From the NCBI RefSeq assembly GCF_000143415.4, contig NW_003314322.1:1190067-1254066 (forward strand): DNA of 64,000 nucleotides. Reading direction: 5' to 3'. Every line of letters starts with the position of its first letter. Within the stretch, counting starts at the first letter, position 1. A program made the position numbers and the translations under genes. This document shows, one piece after another, positions 36,194 to 48,411 of this stretch. Under the pieces are notes generated by a model that saw nothing but the letters and a program-made list of their open reading frames with translations, did not search any database and was not told the origin of the DNA. This DNA comes from Selaginella moellendorffii (Eukaryota; Plantae; Lycopodiophyta).

Positions 36194-36580
36194 ATGGAGG
36201 GCATTGGCAACGCAGTGTGGACGGGCGCGCTGCTCGTGTTGCTAGCACTGGTTGCGAAGCTATGGCGATCGATCGTCACCAGGTTCTGGCTGGAGCCAAG
36301 ATCGCTCGACGCAAGGATTCGAAGCCAGGGTATCCAGGGGCCGCCAAGGACTTTCATCGCAGGCAACATGCTCCAGGTGATGACGATGAGAGACACTGGC
36401 AAGGAGCGGGACATGGAAGGACGACGTTGTGAAGCATGTGTTGCTGGATTACCACCAGTGGTAATATGGTAACTTCTCCTCGTAAATTCCTGTACTCTGG
36501 ACGACTTCTTCGCAGGAAAGAGGTATTGCTACTGGTGGGCGACGGAGCCCAGGATCAAGCCCGAGCTCATCAGAGAAGTT
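36194..36580 (+). pseudogene. Cytochrome P450 (CYP72-clan-like) N-terminal fragment
   Basis: Transmembrane anchor, RSQGIQGPP..GN, then frameshifted YGKRYCYW and PELIREV; fused to PPR debris. Confidence 0.7.
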
Positions 36581-36589
36581 CTATGCCGG

Positions 36590-38570
36590 AGAGCGATACA
36601 ATGTCATGGAATGTGATATGCCCGGCGGCGGAGGAGGCCAAAGCTCTATACGAGAGAATACCCGAGAAAGACCTCGTCTCGTCCACCTCGATGCTCCAAT
36701 CTCTCGCCCACGAGCATCGAGTTCCAGGCTACCACATCGAGCTCCGGCATGCGCAGAAAGAACTTCCACGCGTATTCACACGCTCCAAGCAAGAACGTCG
36801 TGCTGGATCATCCCTTCAAACATCTCTCGTGCTTCTACCTTTCTCGAGGCGAGGATGAAAGCTTGTAGCATTGAGTTGGAGCTGCTCAAACAGCTCCCTC
36901 GATTCCTCCAAGAGCCCCATCTCCGAGCAAGCCCCATTCTCCGAGCAAGGAATCATGGCATTCCAAACAACGATGCTTCGCCGTGGCATTGTGGTGAGAT
37001 ATGCCTGGCCTTGTGGATTTGCCCGGTCTGGTGCATACGCAGCGATCATCATGGTGTAGGAGGCCTCGTCGTGATCAGGCATGAAATTCCGGAAGAATGC
37101 CACTGCCTCTTCGATCCTGCGACGTAAAACGTACCCTTTTGGAGCATCGAATTCCATTCTGTTGTGTCCCAGCGCATTGCTTGCAATTGCCAGATTCATA
37201 CGCCTGGTTCAAAATCGTCCATGCGACGGCATTGTGCTCAGCCATCACCGAATCGAAGATCCTTCGCGCGTCGGCCACAAACCTTGCCTGCGCTAGAGCA
37301 TGAAGCGAGAGACGACATTCCATTCCGGAATCCCGTGCAGGAAGAGATCCATCGCGGCCGTCCGCGCGTATCCATCGATCATCACCGTCCACGTGGCGAG
37401 AGAAGAGCGTTTGCTGGAGCAGGCGGCCATGGAACTCTTCTCCGGCATTGGCATCGAAAATCTCTTAGTGCCCGTTTTGGGCATAGGCCTGGATCATCGC
37501 GTTCCATGTTACGGCATTCTTCCGAGGCATCCATTGGAAGATCCCTCGCGCCTCTCGCAACGCGCTCTGCCCCAATCCAGTGATCATCGTCGTCATTCTT
37601 GGTAGCTTCCTCGCGTCGGCGATTTGGCTGTGCTGGGCATACGTCGTGATCATCGAGTTCTCTTTCCTTGCATCGAGTCGAAGATCTGGCGAGCGGACTG
37701 GATGTCGCCATTCTGTGCGTATGCCGAGAGGAGGATGTCGCGAGAAAATAGATTGAGCTGCTTGATCTGATCGAAAACCAGGCGAGCTTCACGCAATCTC
37801 CCACACGTCCCATACATTTGTATGAGGAGATTCGCAAGAAAAGTGTTCTGCTTGCTGTGGCGGATCCGACTAGCCTGAGCTTGTCGGCCTCTGTTAAAAG
37901 CGTTGCTCTTGGTGGTCTTGCTGCTCTTGGCAGTCGAGAGGACCAAAAGCCGAGTAGATCTTCTTGTTGCTAAGTGGACGTCGAACAAGTGTTGGTTCTT
38001 CTCGGCCTGCGCTTTGAAATTCTGGCCGTGTCTGCTTTAGCAGTTCCCCAGGACTCCTGCTCCTCCTGCTTGATGTTTCGCTGCATTTCCTACGCAACGA
38101 CCATTTCACTGGACAATTCAGCTTGTGACGCTAGGAGGTTCGCGGCGGTTCTTCGATTTTGCAGCAGAACCAGGGATCTGCCGCGGGGAAAAGAGATTTA
38201 CGGTCAGGCGACTGTGCAGCGAGCAGCTATCTCGCGAATTTGGCAATCCGGAGCCTGCAAGAAGCAAGAGAGATTTTCTATCGCATGGGCTCTGCGAGGA
38301 ATCGCTTCTCTTGGGACAATATGATCGCTGCTTATGCCCAAAATGATGCAATGCCAGAAAAGAACTGAGTTTCATGGACGGCTATCCATGCCCAATGCGG
38401 GCATTTGCTAAAAGCAACCTAATAACATTTTCCCCTGGAATTCAATGATCCAAGCGTACGGACAGAGAGGGCATCTCCAGGAATTTCGTGACATTTGTGA
38501 AAGAATGTTTGACCACGACATTGTGACGTGGCATTGTGTCTACACCTCATTCAAGCCGACACACCATGCT
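36590..38570. pseudogene. Scrambled PLS-PPR fragments on both strands
   Basis: NTFLANLLIQMYGTCGRLREARLVFDQI, NAVTWNAMIQAYAQNGH, KDLVSSTSML, RNRFSW..MIAAYAQN; many frameshifts. Confidence 0.75.
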
Positions 38571-38955
38571 GGAGGGAAATGAGATATCTTGAACGATCAC
38601 AACCGTCACCCATATGCAAATCTGGCAGCTCCAGAATGTGAAGTCTGTCTTCTAAAGGGTGCCAGAATGGAATGTGTTATGGATGGATATGGATTAAATG
38701 GTAGAATAAATTAAAATATACTAAGAAGTGTTTAAGGAAGTTTTAATCTAAATGAATAAGAACCAATAGATAGTAGAATATCCTATAATATCAAAGCATA
38801 TTTTAAGTATATTCACTGCCACCCGAGAAAACCAAAAAAGATGCACTCTTATTTATAGACACTTTTTTTATATTTAAATCTCATTAGAAGTCATTTTTTG
38901 ATTTGCTTAAGCAAACCTGTAAGGACACTGTAACTTGTATTGGATTAATAAGTAA

Positions 38956-39336
38956 AAATTGGTATGCATTGCATGTAGCAATGCTTAGTTTGCTTATAAG
39001 TAGTGTTATTCTTACTTATTAGTTCATTTGATCAAATAAAATTTATAATTATAAGCATGTTTGTAATTTATCATAAGATTAATCTTATTGCATATCAACC
39101 ATTAAAAGATAGAATAGAAAAGAATATACTAAAAAAGGTTTTAAAAAGTTTATAAATTATAATCATGTTTATAAATTATAAATACAAGATTAATCTAAAT
39201 GAATAACAACAATTAGATGGTAGAATATCCTAGAATATTTAAGCATATCCTAGGTATATTCAATACTATCTCTAAAGGTTTGCTTAAGCAAACCAAAAAT
39301 AACACTACCATTGCTATATGCAAGGCATAACAATTT
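38956..39336. mobile_element. AT-rich MITE-like element with 28-bp TIRs
   Basis: aaattggtatgcattgcatgtagcaatg pairs 25/28 with cattgctatatgcaaggcataacaattt; internal sequence recurs near 2.0, 31.2 and 38.7 kb. Confidence 0.7.
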
Positions 39337-39500
39337 ATTTTAATTGTTGAGATATGTAAAACTTGATTAAGCTTTTTTTTTCTCTAAATTTTTCCTCAAA
39401 AAAAAGAGGTCTACTTTACACTCATTTAAGCTTGTCTATCACTAATTATATTGATTAATATTTAGGTTATAGAAGTGGAGACTGAAGCCATATTGAGGTG

Positions 39501-42500
39501 ATGATGAATCCGCTTGTCTCCGTTGGCTGCCTCCCAGAGTTTAACAGGGTTGAAGCTCACCATGTTGTTCCAGGGGTCAAGCAAGTTGTCAAGGAACTGG
39601 TACGTGTAGATTTTATGATAAAAATTTGTCATTGTGGTGTTTATTTCTTCCTCCAGGAAAAGGATTTGCTTCAGCTGGAGTGCTTTGCTGCCTCAAGTTT
39701 TGGAGAGAATGGTGGCGATCTGTGGGAGGCGCTCGTCCATCCCTTCGAACGCATTCTTGATCGCTTGACTGTGGTATGGGGGATTGTTTCGCATCTCAAG
39801 GATGTCAAGGATTCCGACGCTCTTCGAGCTGCTGTGGACGAAGCACAAGTAACTTTACTTGTTCTTTCTCCTGAATTTTAGGACTGTTGTGCAGCCCTTG
39901 AGAACGAACTTTTTGTTGAGATTAGGACAGAGCAAGGCTTTGTATCAGGCGTTTGAGAAGATCTGCAATGGTGCCTTGTTCGATACACTGAACGAAGCTC
40001 AGCAACGAGTTGTAGAAGGTATGTGAGCGCTTCATTTGATCTCTTGTGGAGTTCTCTCTCTTTTGTTTTCTTCAGGACGTTTGAAAGATGCCATACTAAA
40101 TGGAGTGGCACTAGAACATGAGAAGAAAGTGCATTTTAATGAGATCCAACAGGTATATATATGTGTTTGTTCTTGGCTAACATTTCAAAGTTTTGCAGGA
40201 GCTGGAGAAATTACTGAACAAATTCAGTGAAAATGTGCTGGACTCCACCAAGTTGTTTGGGAAGCTGGTGACTGATATTTCTGTTCTTGAAGGCTTGCCG
40301 GAAACGGCTCTTGCTCTTGCTGCACAAGCCGCAGTATCCAACGTAAGATCCTTAAGTTCGCTATTGATAATGCTTTGGTCATGCTGTATTTTTTGCAGGG
40401 ATATGAAGGCGCCAATGCGAAGAGTGGACCGTGGCTGATAACTCTGGACAGTTCCATGTACTCGGCAGTGATGAGATTTGCGAGAAACCGTGACCTTCGC
40501 GAGGAAGTATATCGCGCAGACGTCACAGTGGCCTCCGGAGAGAGTTTTGATAACTTCCCTGTAATTACAAGAATTCTCGAGCTTCGCCAGCAGAAAGCGG
40601 AATTGTTAGGATACGAAAACCATGCTCAGGTAATATTACCTATACATAGAGTCTAAAAAGTTCTTTTTAGTACAGGTGAGTATGCTTCAAAAGATGGCCA
40701 CACTGGATTCTTGTCATGCACTTCTCGAAAAACTGCATAGTTGTTCACGAGATGCTGCTATTCGAGGTCTATGTTCTCTCTGCTATCAAAGCTTATTGCA
40801 AGTGTTTTCTTTTTCGTTGATCTTCGTTTTAGACATGCGGGAGCTTGAGGAATTTGTGAGAAGTGAAAACTCAGAAGAAGATGAGAATTTGTTCCACTGG
40901 GACATTCCATATTGGACGGAGCGCTTCAGGGAGGCCAAGCTTGACATGAATGATGCAAGTTTTCCTTCCAAGGCTTGGTCATATTTACTCACTTTATTTT
41001 GGAATTCTTAGGAGGAACTCAGGCCGTATTTCTCCATGCCTAATGTCATGGATGGCCTGTTCAGCCTTGCGAAGCGCTTGTTTGGCGTCCACATTGAAGA
41101 GTTGGAAGAAAATACACCAGTAAGCGTGCATGCGAAAACTATGATCCATCTATCTCAATCTGAATAACAGGTCTGGGACAAAGAAGTTAAGCTTTACAAG
41201 GTGGCAGAATGCGCCAGTGGAGAAAATCTGGGATACTTTTACCTGGACCCATTCTCGAGGCCGCACCAGAAGAGAAGTGGAAATTGGATGGGCGTAGTCT
41301 TTAACAGAAGCCATGCAGCTGTGCAAAAAGGTGGCGTTGTGCGATTGCCTGTCGCTCATATTGTCTGCAACCAGGCACCACCATTACCCGATCAGCCAAG
41401 CTTGATGACGTTCTATGAGGTAGTAGCAGTAGGCTTTTTTATATTCATGATCTTATGGGTAGCGCTGACAAGTTTGACGGAGCACTTATGATTGAAACTT
41501 TGCAGGTGACAATGCTGTTTCATGAGTTCGGGCATGCTTTGCAGCACCTTTTGAGCAAACAGGACGAGGGTCTTGTGGCTGGATCCGAAGGAATAGAGTG
41601 GGATGCAGTTGAGATTCCCTCCCAGTTTATGGAGAACTGGTGCTATGACAGGTCTGATTCGATTGTAAGAAACTAGTCTTCAACTAATCTCGTGATCGCA
41701 GGAACACTTTGATGAGCTTTGCAGTGCACTATAGAACTGGCCAAGGGCTCCCAGAGGCGCTATATACGAAACTCAAGTCGTCAAGAACGTTTTTCTCGGC
41801 TTCAAACGTTCTTTATCTGGTAAGCCGAATGAAGAAAAGTTTTCTTGGAATAATTTCTCGTTTTTGAATGCACACAGGTTTCCCGATCTCTGATTGATCT
41901 CAAGCTGCATGCAAAGCTCGAAGCCGTGAATTCGAAAGAGATTTACAACTTGTGCAACAAGGTTGCAGGGGAGATATTGATATTACCCCCTTTGCCTGAA
42001 GACAAGTCCATCTGCAAATTCCTCCACTTATTCGCCAGTATGTGTTTTTCCTCTATTTCTAATCTCTCCTGTATTTTTTCTCTTGTTGGTTGTCATTCTT
42101 GTAGCAACTGAGTATGCAGCTGGTTACTATAGCTACCTGGTAAGCTGGCCTCAGAAAACATATCCTGACACTCAAAAAGAATCTTGGTATGATTCTGTGC
42201 AGTGGTCCGAGGTTCTGTCATCAGATGCTTTTGGAGCGTTTGAAGAAGCAGGCCTTGAAAATGAAACTGTGAGTGAAAACAATCAGGTGTGGGAAGCAAT
42301 TGTTTCACTTTTGTATGTTTCACAGGCTGTTAAGGAGGCAGGAAAATTATTTAAGCAGACAATTCTTGAGCTTGGTGGAGGCAGAGCGCCTGCTAAAGTA
42401 AAACTTTTGATAAATTTACACGAAACTCACGACGAGCTCTGCAGGTTTTTGAAGATTTCCGTGGAAGAGGCCCCAGCATAAATGCTCTTCTCAGGCATAG

Positions 42501-42516
42501 AGGTCTCGTGGTATAA
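39501..42516 (+). CDS. Oligopeptidase A (peptidase M3A), multi-exon, no obvious transit peptide
   Basis: [10 protein letters not shown] zinc motif, [47 protein letters not shown]. Confidence 0.93.
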
Positions 42517-42660
42517 ATGTTGGCTGCTTATCTAATAACATAATCACTAAAAAAACCATGACTTCGAAAACAAAATGCTCGTGAGGAGCTAGCAATGGAG
42601 GACGACGTCCGCGAGTAAACACTGGAATTTCACGGTACACTCCTGCTCCGATCTTAATAA

Positions 42661-42795
42661 GATGGTTACTCCGTTGACGCTGTGCAGAGAAAGCCCGATC
42701 GCATCAGAGCCGAGGCCGCCGAGTACCGAAAGCTGCTACCTCTTGGCCTCAAGGAGCAGTGATAGCGGTGGGCGTCTCGTTCTCGGTCGCCTCCA
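42661..42795 (+). pseudogene. Fragment of the last RPS6 exon
   Basis: gaggccgccgagtacc..aagctgcta..ctcaaggagcag..gggcgtctcgt matches 24400-24590 with deletions. Confidence 0.75.
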
Positions 42796-43158
42796 CTTGA
42801 ATACAGGCTAAAGTTCATGAAGAAGCTGGAGCCAGACTACGCGCGGACGTAAGCTTCGGGGGCGACTCTTTTCCTTGGGTGAGGACTTATGACAGAAGCA
42901 AAGTGAAGAGAAACGCTGCAGGAGCAAAAATTCTCGAGCGAGTGATATTGGCATGAAGACTTAGATGGAACAACCGATCAGAGAGAGCCGGATCGCTCAT
43001 AACAAACACACGAATTAGAGACAAGCTTGCGTGAGCTGGAGCTGCTATTAGACTAGGAGAACATATGAATTTTATTGAGTGTGGGGTCTCCTAGGGCGAC
43101 CAAAACAACACAGACATCAGCAACGTAATGGAAGAAAGAAAAAAAGATTACCATTTGT

Positions 43159-43350
43159 TCAGGGCCCATACTTGTTGGTTACATTCGGGCCGCTGATGCT
43201 GGTTCCCGGCCCACTTGGCCATTCGGCTTTGGCATCGTGGCCTCCCTTGAGTGATGGCATTGGCATTGGCATGTCATCTCCATCACCCTGCCCAAAAGAG
43301 CTAGCCACTAGGAGGAGGGTAAAGACAACAAGAAACTTTGCAAGAGTCAT
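43159..43350 (-). CDS. 63-aa small secreted peptide precursor with two SGP motifs
   Basis: Signal peptide MTLAKFLVVFTLLLVASSFG; TATAAAA ~45 bp upstream; intron-like 43091-43151 just after the stop; AATAAA near 43070. Confidence 0.7.
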   Translation of the reverse strand: MTLAKFLVVFTLLLVASSFGQGDGDDMPMPMPSLKGGHDAKAEWPSGPGTSISGPNVTNKYGP

Positions 43351-43549
43351 TGAGAGTATTCGACGAGAGCAAGTTCGTGGTGGATTTGTGTTGTTTTATA
43401 GCCAAGGATCGTACACCACCAATATGCATGAGCAAGTCATGCTCTTTCTTTCCTTCGTTGTTGGTGGAATAGTCGATTGAATTTAATCTAACACCCGTGG
43501 GATAGCAATTTGTTTCCTGTAACTTGGATTTGATCTTTTCCTTCTTCTC

Positions 43550-43925
43550 AGGAGCTGGAGTAAACTTGTAGGGCTTTCGACGAGAATGGCTCGAAGAGTA
43601 ACTTTGCCAATGCAAGGTGAACCTTTTCTTTTTCTTTCTTCTTTGTCCAGGCTTTGATCGTGATAAAAATGAGATTATAGAATGTTGCCTTTTACTAGGG
43701 AGTCCCGAGGCTTTGGATTTGTGATGATGGAGACGACGACAAATACCTCCATGATCTCTTCATGGAACTGGATGGTTTTCTCCTGGTGTATGAGGAGTGT
43801 CTAGTTGTTCTTTTCAGGTGTCTCAAATCAAACAAGCAGATCGATCAACTGCTGAGCTTCTATGCTGCAGGCCAAAACAAAACGCGCCCGTTCAATTCCT
43901 GGTAACTAGCTTAGCGTGAGGAAGA
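43550..43925 (+). pseudogene. SR45a/Tra2-like RRM fragment
   Basis: PFTRESRGFGFVMME and AKTKRARS-IPGN*LSVR, with stops and frameshifts. Confidence 0.6.
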
Positions 43926-44038
43926 AGTTCGCCATGGGGCTATGGCCACAGAGACTGGACTTTCCAAAAGCTAGAGGCTTGACGAGCCCACACACAAATG
44001 CGCGGTGGAAATCCCTTTGGTCGTCATTTGAAGGATGC

Positions 44039-44345
44039 TTACAAAGCTTGCAAGGATCTTCCCAGGTGAAAGATCGCTATCGCCGAGTTTAGGTCGCCGG
44101 ATCTCACGGAAGGAGAGAGCGCCGTGTTCCAGGCCACCGCGCTCCACTGCGGCATTTGCCCAAACACAAGCTTGGATCGAGCAAAATTTCCTTCGAGGAG
44201 GATAGTCCATGAAACAATCTCTCGCTCGAGAATTCGATCGAAGAGGTATTCCAGCTCGTGGATCCGGCCAAAATGTTCCAGGATCGTGATCCGGGAGATG
44301 ACGCTGGGGAATCGAATGCCATCAAAGATAAGATCCAAATCCCCA
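44039..44345 (-). pseudogene. PPR fragment
   Basis: LFDRILEREIVSWTIL and MPQWSAVAWNTAL. Confidence 0.6.
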
Positions 44346-44439
44346 GCTTTGGCCGCCGCCGCCCGCTGCGGACACCGCTTCCAAGAACCCTAAAAACAGA
44401 GTAGCATTTTGGCGGGATCTTCCTACACGAATATACCGG

Positions 44440-44742
44440 GCTCCCAGAGCATCGGTACTTGCACTTTCCTCAACAGTCTGCGAAAGAGAAACAAAGACCC
44501 ATCACTTATACTCGATCCAACCGGCAAAACTAGAAGCTCGAAACTTAAGAAACAGTGAAAGATGTCTCACCGATTCCAGTAAAATCTCTGCTGCCAAGAA
44601 CCACATTGCCATTCTGCCACACACAAAAAGAAAAAGAGATTCGTTAAAACACGATCCCGAAGAACTCAATCAGGCAATGCACCTCGGCAATCACAAAAAT
44701 GAGCAGGACGAGAAATGCTAGCCACTTCAAAGCCAGAGCCAT
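44440..44742 (-). pseudogene. GASA/Snakin gene, nonsense-mutated and truncated
   Basis: Three exons: MALALKWLAFLVLLIFVIAE | NGNVVLGSRDFTGI | DC*GKCKYRCS; the remaining cysteines are lost; TATA near 44785. Confidence 0.7.
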
Positions 44743-45345
44743 TTTGCTAGAACTCCTCCTTTCTACCACGAAAAACACACGTTTTATAAGTCAGGAATTG
44801 ACCTCCCTGTGGAAGAATCACGGCAGCTCAGGTACCTTGTGAAGCTAACTGTATAGTCAGCATAGAATTAAATCTAAAGATTGTCTGTCTGCCAAGCCAT
44901 TGCCAGCCGGCCTTGCGATGGAAGGCTGCTCCATTTAGATATCTTTGCACAATATATCTATCTCGTATAGTCGCCTCTTTGTCTGCCAGATCCTGGAAAA
45001 GAAAGAACTATGATCAAACTCTTTACCTTTTCTTCTTGGCTTAACTAAGAAATGTAGGTTTACGAGAGCCTCGAAGAGCGACCAGCTTATGGGCGATTCA
45101 GTGTTCTCTCCTATATGATACAGACATAACTTCACAGCACCATCTTCTTCTACACTTCTTCTATGCAGAAAGAACATCAAAAGCAGTCGACGAAGATATA
45201 ACATCTCTTTCCTGCCAAATTCTAGGAAACATGAAAGTCTTGAGCTTAGAGTAAGAATATTCTTGAATATTCTTTACTGAAGAATATTCTTAAACTGGGC
45301 GACGAATATGCCTCCATAAACCCTAGATTGCGAGGGAAATGTTTG

Positions 45346-46356
45346 ATGCCTGGGACGCAATGGGCGAGGCGCGCGGCCAGGGAATGCTTGGCTCGAGCTC
45401 GATCGCCGCCGGCATCGCAACGGGGTGGAGGAGGAGGACGGGCAAGCGCTGGCGAGGAGGTGAATCTTGTCGAGCAGCAGCGTGGCTTGATCGCCGCGCT
45501 CCAGGAATGCAAGCAGTCTAGGGATCTCCAGCGAGGTCGCAGGCTGCATTCTCAGGCGCTCGAGAGCGGCGGCGGCCTTGTGCGTAGCATCTACGTCGCG
45601 ACGACGCTGGTGGTTATGTATGCTCGATGCGGCAGCATGGAGGAAGCCCGGCAGGTTTTCGACGGGATGAAATCCAGGAATGTGGTGTCGTGGACGGCTT
45701 TGATCCTCGGCTATGTGGAGAATGGAAGAAGCGAGACTGGCTTGGAGCTGTTCGAGAGGATGGAGAGGGAAGGGTGTAGAGCTGATGCTCGGACTTTCGT
45801 GGCCGGGATCATGGCCTGTGGGAATCTGGCAGCCAAGGAAGGTGGTCAGGGGAATTCTTTGAGCCATGGAAGAGTTCTAGCAGGCAAAGAGTTTGCTTCT
45901 TCTGGAAGAGTTCTAGCAGGCAGAGAAGATGGTTCTCCTGGAAAAGTTCTAGCAGCCAGAGAAGATGGTTCTTCACGGGAAATGTCTTGGCGGGATGAGA
46001 AAGATGTGAAGAAGAGGATCAAGTTACAAGCTCTGGAAAGAGGGAGAGAGATGCATCGACGAGCTGCCGAGGCTGGCTGCGAGATGAACTTGTTCGTGGC
46101 GAATACTCTGGTGGACATGTACTCGCGGTGTGGGAGCCTGGTCAATGCTCGAGCAGTGTTTGAGAGGATGCCGTGTCACAGCTTGGTCTCGTGGACGGCA
46201 CTTATCCAGGGTTGTGTGGAGAATGGAGAAGAAGAGAGAGCGCTGGAGCTCTTTTCACGAATGCAAGAGTCGCGAGGAGGCTCTTTGCCGGATGCTCAAA
46301 CGTTTGTGGCCGTTCTCGCGGCGTGTTCTGCTCTGGCAACGAAAGAGAAAGACATA

Positions 46357-46387
<31 letters not shown>

Positions 46388-48411
46388 AAGAGAGGAAAGC
46401 TTTTTTGAAAGAGAAGGCGCTGGAAACAGGACTGGTGCTTCATTCCGAGGCCGAGAAAGCTGGGGTCACCTCCAACATCTTTGTGGCAAACAAGCTTGTG
46501 GATATGTACTCCAAGTGTGGGAGTATGGAGGATGCGAGAAGAGTTTTTGACAGGATGGCCTTCCACGACGTTGTGACTTGGACGTCTCTCATCCTGGGAT
46601 ATGTAGAAAGCGGAGAAGCAGCATTGGGATTGGAACTCTTCGATCTCTTGGTGACATCTCAGCAAATTTTTCGAGATCCTCGGTTCTTCGTGGCTGGACT
46701 CATGGCCTGTGCTAGTTTGGTGGAGACGAGCAAGGCCGACTGCCTGGAAAGACTGGCTTTTATTCACTCTCAAGCTGGGAAGAGCGGGTGTGACTCGGAC
46801 ATGTTCGTGGCCAGCACTCTGGTGGATTTGTATGCCAAGTGTGGCAGCATTGGAAACGCTCGCGGGGTTTTCAATCGGATGCCTCAACGGGACGTGGTTT
46901 CCTGGACTTCTCTAGTTCTGGGATATGTGGAGAGAGGCCAGGGGGACATGGCTCTGATGCTTTTCTCGCTCATGCAACGTGAAGGTTGCGTTCCAGACGC
47001 TCGGACTTACGTCGCTGCCTTCATGGCTTGTGCGAGCCTGGCCGAGCATAAAGAAGAGTTACTAGATGGAAGAAAGGTCGAGGCTCTCCAGGAAGGAAAG
47101 CGTCTCCACTCGGAGGCTGTGAAGTGTGGCTTTCTCTCGGACAAGGTGGTGGCAAATTCCCTGGTAGACATGTACGCGCGCTGCGGAAGTATGGTGGAAG
47201 CTCGAAAAGCTTTCGACGAGATGCCGAGTCTAGACGTGGTTTCGTGGAATTCACTGCTGCTAGGATATGTTGTTAACGGGGAGAGTGAAGTGAGTTTGGA
47301 GCTGTTCGAGGAAATGCAACGCAAAGGCTGGGATCCGGACGCTCGGACTTTCGTTGCTGTTTTCAAGGCCTGCGGCAACCTGACATCCGAGAAGGAGGAA
47401 TCGACGGCTGAGTGGCTCAAGCGAGGCAGTGCATTCCATCTTCAAGCTTCTCAGTGCGAGCTGGATTCTCACATCTTCGTGGCCAATAGTTTGATCGACA
47501 TGTATGCCAAGTGTGGAAGCTTGGCCGACGCTCGAGCAGTCTTCGACAAAATGGCACTCCACGACTTGGTATCCTGGAACACGCTGCTCTCCGGCTACGC
47601 AGACAATGGAGAGAGCGAGAAAGCTCTCGAAGTCTACAAGCTCATGCGCAAAGAGGAGAGCTCCTCGTGCCGGCCAGACGCTCGAACTTTTGTTCCACTC
47701 TTGAAGGCCTGCTCCAACACCGCAGCTCTGGAAACTGGGAGAGCCATCCACGGCGAAGCTGTGCGGTCGGGAGTGGAAAGCAGTCCATTCCTCGCAGCCT
47801 CTCTGGTGGATTTCTACGGCAAGTGTGGAGGAAACATGGCTCAGGCGGAGCAAGCCTTCGACGTGACTCCAACCAGGAACTTGACGCTGTGGAGCGCTCT
47901 CATGGCTGGCTATGGTCGACTTGGAGACACGAACCAGGTACTTGGGCTGTTCCAGACGCTCGAGGAGACAGGCTTGCGGCTGGACGGAGCTACGTTTTGC
48001 TCGCTTCTCACCGCGTGTAGCCATGCCGGGCTGGTCGACCGGGGAAGAGAAGTTTTCCTCGTGATGGCTTCCAAGTATGGTGTTACTCCTGGCGTGGAGC
48101 ACTACCACTGCCTGGTGGATTTACTGGGACGAGCTGGGCTTGTCGAGGAAGCAGTGAGCGCCGTGAAAAAAATGCCGCTCGGGCCGAGCGTGGTGGCGTG
48201 GAAGACGGTGCTGGCTGCGGCTCGGAAGTGGCAGAAGGTGGAGATTGGAAAGATGGCGTTTCAAGCGTTGGCAGCGCTGGAGGTGGAGGTAGACGAGGAT
48301 CAAGCTGGATCCACGTTTGCGTTGATGGCGAACATCTACGCTGGAGCTGAGATGTGGGAAGAACAGGCACAAGTTCTCAAGCAAAAGAAGAGCTTGTTCT
48401 TGGCAACTTAA
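45346..48411 (+). CDS. PLS-E class PPR protein (~1020 aa)
   Basis: Repeated P-L-S triplets, LTACSHAGLV, EHYHCLVDLLGRAG, E motifs; no DYW domain. Confidence 0.92.
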
